Assembly (NCBI GenBank): GCA_002189035.1
Contig: NEEC01000011.1
Coordinates: 992,001 to 1,056,000, forward strand
Direction: 5' to 3'
DNA from: Utricularia gibba
Lineage: Eukaryota; Plantae; Magnoliophyta
Length of the DNA: 64,000 nucleotides
Every line of letters begins with the position of its first letter. Within the stretch, counting starts at the first letter, position 1. The notes below the pieces were generated by a model. It ran no database searches, was not told where the DNA came from, and worked only from the letters and a program-made list of their open reading frames with translations. This document shows positions 1-12,734 of this stretch, one piece after another. A program made the position numbers and the translations under genes.

Positions 1-559
1 GGAGTTTGTTCAAGTGAACAAATTAGAAAGAAAGATGATTCCACCAGGACCAATGACTAGGAGCAAGACAAAGATGGTTGAAGATACACTTAAGGGTCTA
101 CTCAATACCATTGGAATCAAACATGGGCTTGAAGACATCCCATCAAAAGAGCTCAACTACTTGAAGATGGACTTAACTTAGAGCATTGGGCTTGTTAGAC
201 TTTTCTATTTCATTTAGTTTGGACTATGTAATGTTAGAGCCCAATTCAAGAGTATAAATACTCTAGAGATGTACTAATTCAGGATCTTTGGTCATTTTAT
301 GTATCTTGTGAGGATTCCCCTTTCCTTTGAGTGCTTGAACACTCTTAACTTATCAAGCTTTGAGCTTGTGGCGTTCTAGGATTATCACTTCCAATCAATC
401 TCTCTTTTCTGAAGTGTGGCTTCTAATTTTCTTTGTTTCGAAGTCTGGTTGCAAGAGATTTATTCTCTTGAGGGTAGACTTGGGTGGGTTCTCTTCTAAG
501 CTTCAAAATCACCTCTTTTTTGTGGGTTGCTAATCTCTATAGATTAGAGGGTCACATCA
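1..559 (+). repeat. CRM-1a LTR (left end outside window), 3' or solo
   Basis: Ends GGGTCACATCA at 559 with no PBS after it; 1-180 encodes ...MIPPGPMTRSKTKMVEDTLKGLLNTIGIKHGLEDIPSKELNYLKMDLT* (CR motif); collinear with LTRs at 3795-4398, 13626-14227, 19559-20161. Confidence 0.9.
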
Positions 560-690
560 AGCGGTGTTTCGGTGATTCGGTTGATGCATTTGCGTTCTTC
601 TGGTGTAGGTGATTGTGGCGCGACAATCTGTGCACATCCGCCAAGTTCCATCACACTTTGGAACCAATAACACCGGCACAGAGCATGGGC

Positions 691-1674
691 TCATGCTCTC
701 ACGCACAAATCCTTAGACATCAGTTCCTCAACTTGTTTTTGTATTTCCTTCGTCTCCTCTGGATTGGCTCGGTATGCTGGTCGGTTTGGGAGTTGTGCTC
801 CAGGGACAAGGTCAATTTGATGCTCAATCCCTCTAAGGGGAGGTAAGCCTTGAAGTTCTTCTGGAAAAACATCTTCATATACCTGTAAGAGAGACACAAC
901 ACAAGATGGAATGGATGAAGCATGGTTAGGTGAAGTAGGAACTTCATCCTTATACATGAGTAGAATGAATGGTTGCCTAGCATGAAGTAAGTGTCTAATC
1001 TCACTTGGCCTTGCTAATAGACTCTCATTCTTTCTCTCAATTTCTAAAACTCTCATGTTTTCACTCTCTGTTTTGTGCTCATTTTCATCCTTTTTTCCAC
1101 TCAATTCCTTGCCATCTCTTCTTTTTTCTCCACTTTTTCGCATCTTTTTTTCACTCATTTTCACTTCACTCATCTCTTCTCCCTTACGAACGACCACCTT
1201 GTGCTTTCCATTATCAGTATGAAGGACTCTAGCATCACTCAGAATTCTGACTTGATCTTCATGTGCCTCCTTTGGAGATAATGGAGCAAGTGTGATGGAG
1301 CGTCCATTATAGTTGAAGGAATATTTGTTCTTGAAACCATCATGAAATGCTCTTCTATCATATTCCCAAGGTCTCCCAAGAAGAATATGGCTTGCATGCA
1401 TAGGAACAACATCACATAGGACTTCATCTTCATATCTCCCTATGGAAAACGTCACAAGCACTTGTTTGGTAACCTTTACCTCACTTCCTTCATTGAACCA
1501 CTGCAGATTGTAAGGCTTAGGATGCCTCACGGTGGGTAGTCCCAATTTCTCCACCAAGATGTTGCTAGCAACATGGATGCAACTACCTCCATCAATAATC
1601 AGGCTGCAAACTTTCCTATTAACAAAGCATCGGGTTTGAAAAAGGTTCTCCCTTTGCTCATCATTATCCTTCAC
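691..1674 (-). pseudogene. pol: CRM pol N-terminus (aspartic protease to start of RT), copy A
   Basis: ORF with ENLFQTRC..IIDGGSC, CDVVPM..HILLGRPWEYDR, LPPLRGIEHQIDLVPGAQLPNRPAYR; frameshifted at the end. Confidence 0.9.
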
Positions 1675-1692
1675 CCCAATGTTAAGCGTCCT

Positions 1693-2990
1693 TCAAGTGA
1701 CTAATACTTCTCCAGAAACAGGCAATTCATCCTCATCACTCACTTCAGCTTCTGTCTCCACTAGATCATCATCATCTTCACTAACAACTTTGCCATTGCC
1801 CCTAATCACCATTGCTCGTTTATTTGCGCATTCAGAAGCAATATGTCCAAGTCCCAAACATTTGAAACATTTTATGTTTCTGGTAGTTCCCTTTGGAGGT
1901 GTTGTTCGCTCCCCTTGCTTGGAACTTGATTGGATGTCGAATTTGAAGTGTTCCATGGATGACTTCCCTTTATTTCACTCCATCATCTCATTGGTGCCCC
2001 CAAATTTCGAACCAGAAGTCCTCTTGTTGAAATCTCTTGCGAAACTCTTGCTAGATAGTTGTTTCTCAACCTTTGTGGCCATATGAATCATGTCCTCCAT
2101 CTCAATGTAGTGATGAAGCTCCACAATATTTGCAATCTCCTTATTCATCCCATGAAGAAACCTAGCCATAGTTGCCTCTCTATCTTCCTGAACATGAGCT
2201 CTAATCATTAAAATCTCCATTTCCTGCCAATATTCCTCCACTGGCCTTGAGCCCTGCTTGAGATTTTGCAAACGTTAATAAACATCTCTTTGGTAATGGT
2301 TTGGAACAAACCGCCTCCTCATAACTCTTTTCATCTCAACCCAAGTGTGAATTGGTTCTTCAGAGTCAATCCTTCTTTTAGCCACCAAATGATAGCATAC
2401 TCACTAAATTCCATGGAGGCCAATCTGATTTTCTTTTCGTCAGAGAAGGTGTTGCAATCAAAGACATGTTCTACTCTTGTTTCCCATTGAAGATATGCAT
2501 CTGGATCATTCTTTCCTTGAAATTGAGGTATCTTCATCTTGATGTTGTTAACATCCTTTCCAATTCTTCCTCCGTCTCTTCTACCTCCCTGATCTCGAAA
2601 TCTTCTTGTATCCCCATGCACAAAATCATTTTCACTATGTTCAATGTAGTCATCTTCTTCATCAGTATTCAGGGTTCGATCTCTTCTTCCAACAGTCCTT
2701 GCACTTCGTTGATCACTTAAGTCATGTTCAGTGTTGATGCGTTGATGCAATTGACTACCTCGACCCCTTCCAGCAGCATAATTATCTTGTCTTCGTGCTC
2801 TTGCAACATTTTGCAAAGAATTTTCGTGTTCATCAAGCCTGACATTTATGTTTTCCAGAATGCGATGCAATCTAGTGAACTCCTGTTGCATAGCTTTCAA
2901 AGTGAACCTCCCATCCGGTGAGTCATCCTTTTCATGCTCACTTCTGGAATTTGACATCCTAAATACTGGACAAAAGAAAACGAGCAGCAA
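1693..2990 (-). pseudogene. gag: CRM gag with zinc knuckle, copy A, broken into three ORFs
   Basis: ORFs 2331-2990, 1975-2271, 1693-1956 give MSNSRSEHEKDD..., KIPQFQGKNDPDAY, LKQGSRPVEEY, CFKCLGLGHIASEC. Confidence 0.9.
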
Positions 2991-3777
2991 GGAAGAAAAG
3001 AGACTAAACTAAAAAGAACAAAGAAACACACACAAGATTTACCACTCAATACTCAAGCTTCAAGTCCTTGATGCACTCTTTAATGTCATCATGCTTGTTC
3101 TTATGGCATCTAACGAATTAATCACTTCCAGATTGGTATTGATTATAGTGTAATGATGGAGTTAGGTGAGGGTGGCAGTATTAATAGTCTCAAGATGGAG
3201 ACAAAGGGAAGTGTTTAAATTAAATTGGTTGCTTGTTGGAATAGATGAATAGGAAGGATGGACAACAAGGTAAGAACAGATGAAATCAGAGAATAGAGCA
3301 CTACACACGAAATGTGTTGCTTGCTAAACTATAGAAATACAGGAATGGGCAATCAACAAAGAGAATAGTCAAATGGAAAGGTGGGGACACGTGAATGACA
3401 GGGGATGGGAATTGAAGATAAGAAAAACAACAATAAAGTGATTGGTTGGTGGAATGTGAAAAGTAGAGAGGTGGGCCACAATTTAAACATACATAATAAT
3501 GGATGATAGTGATGGGTAATGGATGTTCACCTTCACACTCCTTATCCTCTTGCACACTTGAAAATGATATTCAATGTGTTCTTGCTATTCAATTGACACT
3601 CAATTTCGAGCTCTTCTTCAATCAACTTCCTGTGAACCTCCCTTTTTTTTTTGTACTAAAGCCAAAAGTAATAAGGACTTGGCTTGAACGATTTTTTTTT
3701 TTTTTTTTTTTTTTTTGAATAGGCAGGAATGGAAGAACTCAAACAAGAACTGGATAATAATAAGGATAAGGAACCCA

Positions 3778-3791
3778 AAGCTCTGATACCA
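3778..3791 (-). promoter_or_regulatory. Primer binding site, tRNA-iMet
   Basis: Minus strand reads CATCA-TTT-TGGTATCAGAGCTT directly after the LTR end. Confidence 0.92.
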
Positions 3792-3794
3792 AAA

Positions 3795-4398
3795 TGATGT
3801 GACCCTCTAATCTATAGAGATTAGCATCCCACAAAAAAGAGGTGATTTTGAAGCTTAGAAGAGAACCCACCCAAGTCTACCCTCAAGAGAATAAATCTCT
3901 TGCAACCAGACTTCGAAACAAAGAAAATTAGAAGCCACACTTCAGAAAAGAGAGATTGATTGGAAGTGATAATCCTAGAACGCCACAAGCTCAAAGCTTG
4001 ATAAGTTAAGAGTGTTCAAGCACTCAAAGGAGAGGGGAATCCTCACAAGATACATAAAATGACCAAAGATCCTGAATTAGTACATCTCTAGAGTATTTAT
4101 ACTCTAGAATTGGGCTCTAACATTACATAGTCCAAACTAAATGAAATAGAAAAGTCTAACAAGCCCAATGCTCTAAGTTATGTCCATCTTCAAGTAGTTG
4201 AGCTCTTTTGATGGGATGTCTTCAAGCCCATGTTTGATTCCAATGGTATTGAGTAGACCCTTAAGTGTATCTTCAACCATCTTTGTCTTGCTCCTAGTCA
4301 TTGGTCCTGGTGGAATCATCTTTCTTTCTAATTTGTTCACTTGAACAAACTCCTCATCATTCTTCAAATACACTTCATTATCTTCTTGGGGCTCATCA
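3795..4398 (-). repeat. CRM-1a 5' LTR (~604 bp)
   Basis: Termini TGATGAG...CACATCA; followed by PBS; encodes CR-motif ORF 4173-4406. Confidence 0.92.
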
Positions 4399-4699
4399 GG
4401 ATACACCCCCTAGGAGTCCCAAAGCATCACCCATTTCATTCCAGGAACAATCGAGCTCCAGAACTTATTACTTTTCTCTACTGTATTTGGTTTTAGTTCT
4501 GCCTAGGCCTTAGCTTAGACCAATTTTACCAACATGACACTAGTTTCATACATCAACTTTCACATAGCAAGCAGTTGCTCTTCGTGTTCGACCCTAATCA
4601 CTATGCTCATAATTGTTTTATGCTTGAATGTGGGTTAGGTTATAAATTTATTTGATAGGAAAATTTGCAATTAACGACATTGCATAATTTTTCGTTTAT

Positions 4700-6300
4700 G
4701 AATTCCACATCTTCTGACTCACCTTCTGCTCGAACCAAACTACTATCAGAGGTTTATGAGTATGCAAATGTGGCAATCCCTGAAACTGAACCAGATACTA
4801 TCACTGAGGCTTTGCTTCTTACTCATTGGAGAGAAGCTATGCAAACTACTATGTTACTCAGTATGGTCTAGCAGCATAGTGCTTTGACATTGGTTGATGC
4901 CCCACATCATGCAAATATAGTCGGCATAAAATGGGTATTCCGGATCAAAAAAAATCCTGATGGTAGTGTCCAAAAATACAAAACTAGACTCATGGCAGAG
5001 GGGTATTCTCAAGAATATGATTTAGATTATTTTGAGACTTTCGCACCAGTTGCCTGGTTTGACACCATACGGTTGATTCTATCAATACCAGCTCAAAAAC
5101 ACTGGAACATCCATCAAATGGGTGTGAAATCTGCCTTTTTAAATGGTGAGCTGCAAGAACGAATATATGCAGTCCAACCACTAGGTTTTGAGGTGAATAA
5201 TCACCAGATTCTTCAACTGTCAAAAGCCCTCTATGGCTTGAAACAGGCTCCTAGAGCCTGTTACTCTAAGCTTGAAGCAGCCCTACTAGGTTTTGGGTTT
5301 GAAAAGAGTCAAAACGAAGCTGCATTATTTGTGAAGCATCCTTCGACCAAGTATTGTCTAATGATTGTCATTTATGTTAATGACATACTTATTACAGGGG
5401 AGGATGATTGCTTCATTACTGATTTCAAGGAGTTCATGAGAACCAAGTTTCAAATGACTGATCTTGGGCTTATGAATCAGCTTTTGGGCATGGAAGTACA
5501 GTAATTAGCAGAGGGTGTGCTGGCCACGCAAGGCAAATATGTAAGGAATATGTTGCATCGATTTGGTCTTGCAGGTTGCACTCCTGTATCCACTCCACTC
5601 TTAGCAGGTACTAAAGCTACTGAACTAGTGACACAAACTAGTCCCAAGCTTGAGAGTACACTTGTGAGGGCCATGATTGAATGCCTCATGTTCTTAACCA
5701 ACACTAGAAAATACTTAGCAAAAGCTATTGATTTCATCTCATGCTACATGCATCAACCAACAGCAAACCTGCTCACTTGTGTTAAATACTGTCCCACAAA
5801 ATTGTAGCTTGCGGATATGCTGACCAAGCCTATGTCAGCTGGTATGTTTGCAGCGTTCCGGAGCAAGCCTGGACTTGTGAGTAGTGCTGACTTCAAGGGG
5901 AGTCTGTTGGATCATATGAAGTCAACAAGCCTCAATATCAGTGATAAATACATGATCCACGTCAGTTCCTTACTTAGTCGGCCACGCTTCAAGTGCCAAC
6001 CACCTCTTCGAAAATTATGGTGTCATGAACAAATACACTCACCCACTTACGGGTTTGTGTTATTTTTCTGCTGTCTTTAAGTTCTGTTCGTTTGTCTTAG
6101 TCTTAATGTTTTTTTGGCACAAGAATAGCTGCTGGTAATGTGCTAATATTCATCAATCAAAACTGTTTTTTTTTATATCAAATCAGTGCATTGCTTTTTG
6201 ATTCGTCCAACCCTCACTAGTATTGTAACTAGTGTGAAAATCTTGATCCCATATCAACCAGTGCACGCATTAGTAACCATCCTAGCATTCGGATCTTTCA
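4700..6300 (+). mobile_element. pol: Ty1/copia 3' remnant: RT, partly deleted RNase H, PPT, 3' LTR (~5905-6300)
   Basis: ORF 4884-5504 IVGIKWVFRIKKNPDGSVQKYKTRLMAEGYSQ, FAPVA, HQMGVKSAFLNG, IYVNDILITG; KYCPT..LADMLTKP; PPT AAGGGGAG then TGTTGG. Confidence 0.85.
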
Positions 6301-7061
6301 GAAAAATGATAGGTAGCTCACCTTGTCCTTGTCAGGTATCTTACTTACATCATGCATTGAAGTAGTAGGAGCCTCAGGACCCTTGGACTTCCACTTCATT
6401 TTAGAAATGAAGATGGACTTGATCAAGCCGCCATTGGTCCTATGGAATAAAAATGACACCGTAGATAAGTTTTTGTATAAAATAAAAAATGGTAAGCTGT
6501 ACCTCCTTTGTCGGGCTCGTCAACAATGGAAATGATGTAGAAAAACAAGAATCAAAGGATCCATAAAATGAAAATGGAATTTCCAAAATTCTGGTCATAC
6601 CTCAAGAACTTCTTACTTCTCAATTGGACTTGATCTAAATTTTGCTCAAACTTTGCCAACACCTGATGCATTGAGCTAGGCATATAGCCTCATTGGGTGA
6701 TAGTTGTGGAGATTACTTTCTATTGACATCGAAATCTAGATTGAATTGGGGTAATCGTGAGACTACACTTCCATTCAAAAAAAAAAAAAAAAAAATAGCA
6801 CCAAAACCAACTATACCACCATGCACCCCAAGTGATGGAAGGCCTAGCAATCGAACATTCATGGTTTTGTTGAGAGGTTGTCTACCTCTTGACCCTTCCG
6901 ATCCATGGATATGCATCCCACTGATGTTTTATAAACCTAGAATGTGATCCAATATGGATTTCATGTTATGTCACTATGCTAAAATCAAATACGTGACTAA
7001 GGTTACAAAGACATGGGGATGAAGCACATAAAAGGGAATTCCTTGTGTGATGATTTTGACG

Positions 7062-7790
7062 TGAAAGAACTGAATGATAGAATGGTTACCAATGCATGCA
7101 CTGGTTGTTGTAGGATAAAGATTGTCACACTAGATACACAACTAGTGAGGCTTGCACAAATCAGAAGGAACAATGCACTGATTTGATGAACAAAGTGTTT
7201 TGATTAATGAAAGTTAGCACCTTAACATCAGCAATTATGTGCTAAGAGACATTGAACTGACTAAGACAGATAAATAAAACTTAAAGACAGCAGAAAAATA
7301 ACAGAAACCCGTAAGTGGGTGAATGGACTTGATCATGACACCATAATTTTCGAAGAGGTGGTTGAGGCCTTGGATGACTAAGTCAGCAATTGACGTGGAT
7401 AATGGACTTTATCATTGGTAATGAGGATTGGTGACTTCATATGGTCCAATAAACTCCCCCTTGAAGTCAGCACTACTCACAAGTCCAAGTTTGCTCCGGA
7501 ACACTGCAAACATACCAGCTGACAGAGGCTTGGCCAGCATATCCGCAAGCTGCAATTATGTGGGACAATATTCAACACATATTTGCTGATCCTTGAGCAA
7601 TTCTCTCATGGCATGATACTTGATAGTAATATGCTTGGTTCGACCATGAAACACATGATCTTTAATCATGGCAATTGCACTTGAAGAATGACAATGAACC
7701 TTAGTTGCCACAGCCTACTCCAAACCCAGATCTTTCACCATTTTTCACAACCATACATCATTGTTTTCTCCTAAGGAAGCAACAATATAT
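7062..7790 (-). mobile_element. Ty1/copia 3' remnant (RNase H, PPT, 3' LTR ~7062-7451), same family as 4700-6300, opposite strand
   Basis: Reverse complement aligns by eye with 5780-6300; minus strand FHGRTKHITIKYH..VEYCPT..LADMLAKPL; PPT AAGGGGGAG. Confidence 0.85.
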
Positions 7791-7959
7791 GTTGGATGTC
7801 TTCCTTAGTTGGAAACCTAGAAGGAGTGACTTACATCAGTTGTAAGTGATGTCCTTCATCGATCAGAAAAATGCTCCATGGATCCCTGTTTTCTCTAGTG
7901 AAAACTATCATTGATGGGTTAGAAAAATAACACCTTAGCTCAAGTGCAAGAAGCATTGG

Positions 7960-9960
7960 ACAGTGATTTCCAAAGAGGTAAGTGAACCTCACCACTCTGA
8001 AAACCCTACAGCAGCTGAACTCTAAAGGTTAGAAACCTTTGAGGAATACAAGGATGTGGCCATTACGGCTTTGCATGCAGCACTTACCGAAGAGGTATTT
8101 GAAAAAATTGCTGACTATCACACACCCAAGGAGATATGGGGCAAAGTTTAAGAGCTCTATGGAGGGGATGAGAAAATGCAAAAATACACTTGTCGAAGCT
8201 TGATGGAAGAATTTGAGAGAAATATTATGAAGGATTCAGAGAATCTAAAACAGTATTACGATTGAACTTCAAAGTTGGTTAATGAAATTTGAGCCCTAGG
8301 AGAAGACCTCCCAGATTCTATGGTTATAGAAAAGGCCATGATGAGCCTACCTGAAAGATTTGAAGCCAAATTGTGTGCCATTGAAGTTGAAGAAAAGCTA
8401 TGGAAAATCACGGGACATGAAGAACCTATGAAATTTGCTGAGTTCATTGGTGAGTTACAAGATTGTGAGAAACTGATGCAAATTAGAGAAAATAGAATTA
8501 TCTCAGACTACAATATCAATTCTGTGCTGTTTTTGAAGACCCCTCTGCTCCAAAATCTAATGTCGTGTCTTCTAGCAAGCACATCAAGTCAGAGAGCTGC
8601 ATTCACTATGGAAAGAGTGGCCACGCCTCAGAGAACTGCTAGCAGAGAAATGGAGTTCCATGTATTCATTGCAAATGGTTTTTCCACAAACTAGAGGCAT
8701 GCTGGTATCATCCTCAAGGTCTGTGTGATTATTTCAAAGTCAAAGGACATATGGAAAAAGTGTGCTCGACCAAGAAATCAAAAGCTTCAGAAATCGAGAA
8801 ATCAAATAAAGAAAGAAAAACTGATCAAACTGCATCTTTTATGTACATGGGAGAACGGATGATCTCAATACTAGATGCATGTGATGCTGAATACACCTTG
8901 ATGTCTACTATACTTAACATAGAAAGAGGTTGGTATGTTGATAGTGGAGCTACCTATCATATTTGCACACACCTGCGGATGTTTTCTGATTTGAAGGGGA
9001 GTACAAGTGGAAGCGTATGGAAATCAACATGCCATTCAACGAAAATCATGGGCAAAGGGACAATAGACTTACCGGTGTTTGGTGGTTTCCTTGTTATAAA
9101 CGATGTGTGCTATGCTCCACAGGTTGTGCAAAATCTTTTGTGCTTGGGATAGTTATAGACTAAAGAATCAAAATTATTGATTCGATGAACAACATTTATG
9201 CAATGACCCTGAAGCTCAATAACAATTTGTACCAGATCATGGTAACAAACATTCATGAAGTGGCACTGTCAATCTCTAAAAACTCTAATCAATGGCACAG
9301 ACACTTCAGACATTACAGTATTAAAAATTTGAAACTCTTATAGAAAGATGCAGGAATCATTGAGCTGGATGATATCAAGCTTACGAATTTTTGATGTGAA
9401 ATCTGCATGAAAGGAAAATTTCTAAGATAGACATTTTCTCAGAATTTGAGATATAGTGAGAAAAAATTGGTTTCAATGCACACACATATATGCGGACCTT
9501 TCAAAGATTCATCACTAAATGGAAGTAAGTATTTGCTCACCTTTATTGATGACTACTCCAAGTTATGTTGGGTTATATTTTTTGAAGTAGAAATCCAAAA
9601 CAATAGAGATCTTCAAAGTCTTTAAAACTATGGTTAAAAAACAGTGTGGCCAACAATTAAATGTCTTATGCTCCGACAATTGGGGGGGGGGGGGGGAGGG
9701 AGGAGTTTCTATCCAAGTCACTAAGTCTCTACTATCAACTATCAAGGCGAAGGAATTGTTCATCATTATATTGCCTTCTACACCCTTAAATAAAATGGTG
9801 TTAGCAAAAGGAAAAATAGAATCATTCTCAATATGACTAAATGCCTCCTATTTGAAAAAGAAATGTCACTCACATTTGGGGCATCCACTATAGTATACCT
9901 ACTGAACTTATTGCCCTCTCGATCTGTTAGTGTATGTGTTCTAGAGATAATCAACTTATT
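7960..9960 (+). mobile_element. Degenerate Ty1/copia gag-protease-integrase (Ivana-like, second family)
   Basis: EVFEKIADYHTPKEIWG (UBN2-type gag), two knuckles CIHCKWFFHKLEAC / CDYFKVKGHMEKVC, WYVDSGATYHIC, HICGPF..YLLTFIDDYSKLCWV, LCSDN; many stops and frameshifts. Confidence 0.85.
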
Positions 9961-10293
9961 GGCAAATCTTATCTTTTGATATTTACTTTGAATTGTAATC
10001 AATTTATATCATTGATAAAATCCTCTACTTGATCTATGTGCTATAGAAATTATGATGAGATCATAATGTGAGATTGTTCAAGCACTCATGATCAAGTTGA
10101 ATCTCCCTGGTTAAAGTATTTGTGAAATGAGGATATCACAAATACGGATAAACTGGCATACATTGAGTTCCCTAAACAGTTTAGGCAATGGTTCTCACAA
10201 TTGATGTAATGAGATTACTAGAACCTACGTATGGGTGTCGATTAGAGAATCGATTCACTGGATGATTCATCTTCGAGATGCTACTATGGGAAG

Positions 10294-11373
10294 CTAACCA
10301 AGTGTTAGTAGCAAGATCTCGAATATAAATAAACAATCATCTTCTTTTCCTTTAACATATAATGAGTAATCACTATATGTTTTTCTGAAACCAATACCCT
10401 GGAGAAAGTTATCCATGCGTTCATTCCATGCTCTAGGAGCTTGCTTCAACCCATAGAGAGATTTCTTTAGCTTCAATACCTTGTCTTCATGACCTGACAC
10501 TTCGAAGCCCTTTGGTTGTTCAACAAAAACAACCTCCTCCAACACACCATTCAAGAACGCAGTCTTGACATCCATGTGATGCACTTTCCATCCATGAGCA
10601 GCTGAAATGGCAAGAAGTACTTTAATCGTGTCAAATCTTGCTACTGGTGCAAAAATCTCATGAAAATTTATTCCTTTGATCTGACTATATCCCTTGGCTA
10701 CTAATCTAGCCTTATATTTGTTGATAGAGCCATCTGCATTCATTTTGGTTTTGAATAACCACTTGAGGCCAATACAACTTTTATGATCACTGACCATGAT
10801 TTGGTAGAGGTTGTAGGTGGTCAACACAGCATGGAATTCAATCTTCATTTTTGGATCAGCAACCTTAACTGTAGTGGTTATACCACCAGCATCTTTCATC
10901 AACTCAATGTCAAAACCTTGCCTGCTCAATTGGCCAAAGCTCAACAGGTTCTGTTTGAGGTTTGGTGAATAATAAACATCATCAACTTGAACAATTCCTT
11001 CTTTTAGCAAGAGTAAAATGCTTCCTTTGCCCACAATACCAATATTTTCAGCAGTGCACGTGCTTACCTCCTTCCCAATCCTTTCAAGCCTGAGAAATGA
11101 CCTTGTATCACAACATACATGATAGGAGGCGCCAGAGTCCAAGTACCAGCCTTTAGCATCTGAGGCTACTGTCATTAGAGCACACTCATACTCAAAAGTA
11201 TCTTCAAAAGATATTTCTGGCTCATCTTCAAAGTAGGTAAAGGATGCATGTGATTTCTCTTCCCTGGAAGTAGCCTTCTTGTTATGCTCAACTTTTATTG
11301 GATTTGACATTCCACATACCTTGTCAAGATGGCCTCTTTTATTGCGCTTCGTGCACAAAGCATCAGGCTTCCA
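10294..11373 (-). pseudogene. pol: Copia third knuckle, protease and RT fragment (same frame as gag)
   Basis: ORF 10294-11358 in frame with gag; KYKARLVAKGYSQ, HHMDVKTAFLNG, LYGLKQAPRAW. Confidence 0.88.
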
Positions 11374-12733
11374 CTAACAAAACGCACTCCTGTGATTCTG
11401 TTTGTTACAATGCTTGCAAGCATTTGTGCTTAAAGTCCAACAATCTTCACTCTTATGGTTGGATTTGTCACAATGCCTGCACTTCTGATTGCCCATCGTT
11501 GATGTGGGGATTGATGTTGGTGATTGTTTGATGGCTGTTGATTTGACATCCTTGACATTGTTAATTGCACCTGAGTTTATATTCATATTCTGCATTTTGG
11601 TGAGGAGAGCAGCTTCACCATAAGTTTTCTCAACTTCATAACCATCTCTTAGCTGCAATCTCTTTTCTGTAGATTGCAACTCAATCATGAACTCTCTAAA
11701 TGTTGGCTCTGGTGTAACAGGATATTCAAGATATAACTGATGGAGCTTTCCTTCAATAATGTCAAGGATTTTTCTTTCTGTCTTAAGTGCACATAACTTT
11801 GGCTCGAATCTTGCAGGTAGGCTCATGATTGCCTTGCTAATCACCTTTTGATCTTCAAGTTTTTCCCCCAATCCTCGAATCTCCTTCACAAGCTTTGCAG
11901 TACGTTCATAATAGACTTGTATGGTTTCATTGTCTAGCATTTTGTTCCTCTCAAAGTCCTCCAGCTTGTTTTTGCATAATATTTCTCTCAGTTTGGCATC
12001 ACCTTCATAATGGGATTTGAGAGTATCCCATATTTCTTTTGCTGATTGACACTCTGCAATATCATCAAATAGATGTTCAGAGATGGCTTGATACAAGGCA
12101 TCCATTGCTTCATCTTTTCTATGTTTAAGATATTCAGCTTCCTCTTGCTGTTCTGATGTGGATTTGCTTGTTATTGTAATCGTCGGAATCTCCCTTTCAA
12201 CAACATCCCAAATCTTTCTGACCCGCAGGTAGCTGCGCATCTTTTTGACCCAGCTTCCATACCCTGAACCATCAAATATTGGAGGTCCTCTACCAGATGC
12301 CATCATAGCCACGGCTTGAAAAGCTTTGGGTTGATACTTTGTAATCCACCAAGTAAAAAACGCTGAACGGTAAATAAAATACTGAAACGAGCACAGGTTT
12401 GAGAACCTTACTGCTCTGATACCATGTTGATTCAAGAAAAAGAGTCTTGGGAAGTAACAAAAAGGAAATGCTTCTGAGATCACCTTGGATGAAAAACGAC
12501 TCATGAACAATAAGAATAACCAAAACCCTCATTGACATGCATTCCTAGTAGGGTTTATATATACCCAATACCTAGGTTACCCAACAATGGGCCATAATTA
12601 TTGAAAACACACAAAAAGCCCAACAACTCGAATCCAACACTTTCATGCTCGAACTCAACACCTTTTATCTGAAATATAACATAATGACACAAGATTAGTG
12701 CTTCCAATCACCTTCAAACTTTGGATTGAGGCT
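10325..12733 (-). mobile_element. Ivana/Oryco-like copia copy 1: 5' LTR, PBS, gag, protease fused to RT by an integrase-removing deletion; RT cut before YVDD
   Basis: LTR 12425-12733 (outer ~11 bp lost), PBS TGGTATCAGAGC 12413-12424, gag ORF, WYLDSGASYH, then KSCI|GLKWLFKTK junction at 10771-10774. Confidence 0.9.
11374..12306 (-). CDS. gag: Copia gag (UBN2-type) open from MMASGRGPP to the second zinc knuckle; premature TAG
   Basis: Part of ORF 11374-12510; PPIFDGSGYGSWVKKMRSYL, AKEIWDTLKSHYEGD; TAG at 11374 is TGG in the copy at ~49.5 kb. Confidence 0.85.
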   Translation of the reverse strand: MMASGRGPPIFDGSGYGSWVKKMRSYLRVRKIWDVVEREIPTITITSKSTSEQQEEAEYLKHRKDEAMDALYQAISEHLFDDIAECQSAKEIWDTLKSHYEGDAKLREILCKNKLEDFERNKMLDNETIQVYYERTAKLVKEIRGLGEKLEDQKVISKAIMSLPARFEPKLCALKTERKILDIIEGKLHQLYLEYPVTPEPTFREFMIELQSTEKRLQLRDGYEVEKTYGEAALLTKMQNMNINSGAINNVKDVKSTAIKQSPTSIPTSTMGNQKCRHCDKSNHKSEDCWTLSTNACKHCNKQNHRSAFC

Positions 12734-12734
12734 T

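Larger units (their letters stand above)
612..4398 (-). mobile_element. CRM-1 Ty3/gypsy copy A, 5' half (5' LTR, PBS, UTR, gag, protease, RT start), truncated in RT
   Basis: LTR 3795-4398, PBS, gag MKIPQFQGKNDPDAYLQWE, zinc knuckle CFKCLGLGHIASEC, protease LIIDGGSC, RT start [21 protein letters not shown] cut at ~612. Confidence 0.92.

Noticed and set aside
6301-7061. Gene in the spacer between the inverted copia ends
   Set aside because: Short ORFs without recognisable motifs
10000-10290. Possible CACTA transposase fragment (EFPKQFRQWFSQ)
   Set aside because: One weak motif; no CACTA ends or further domains
11374-11376. In-frame TAG between gag and pol as programmed readthrough
   Set aside because: The sister copy at ~49545 has TGG at this codon (FCWWKPD), so it is a point mutation
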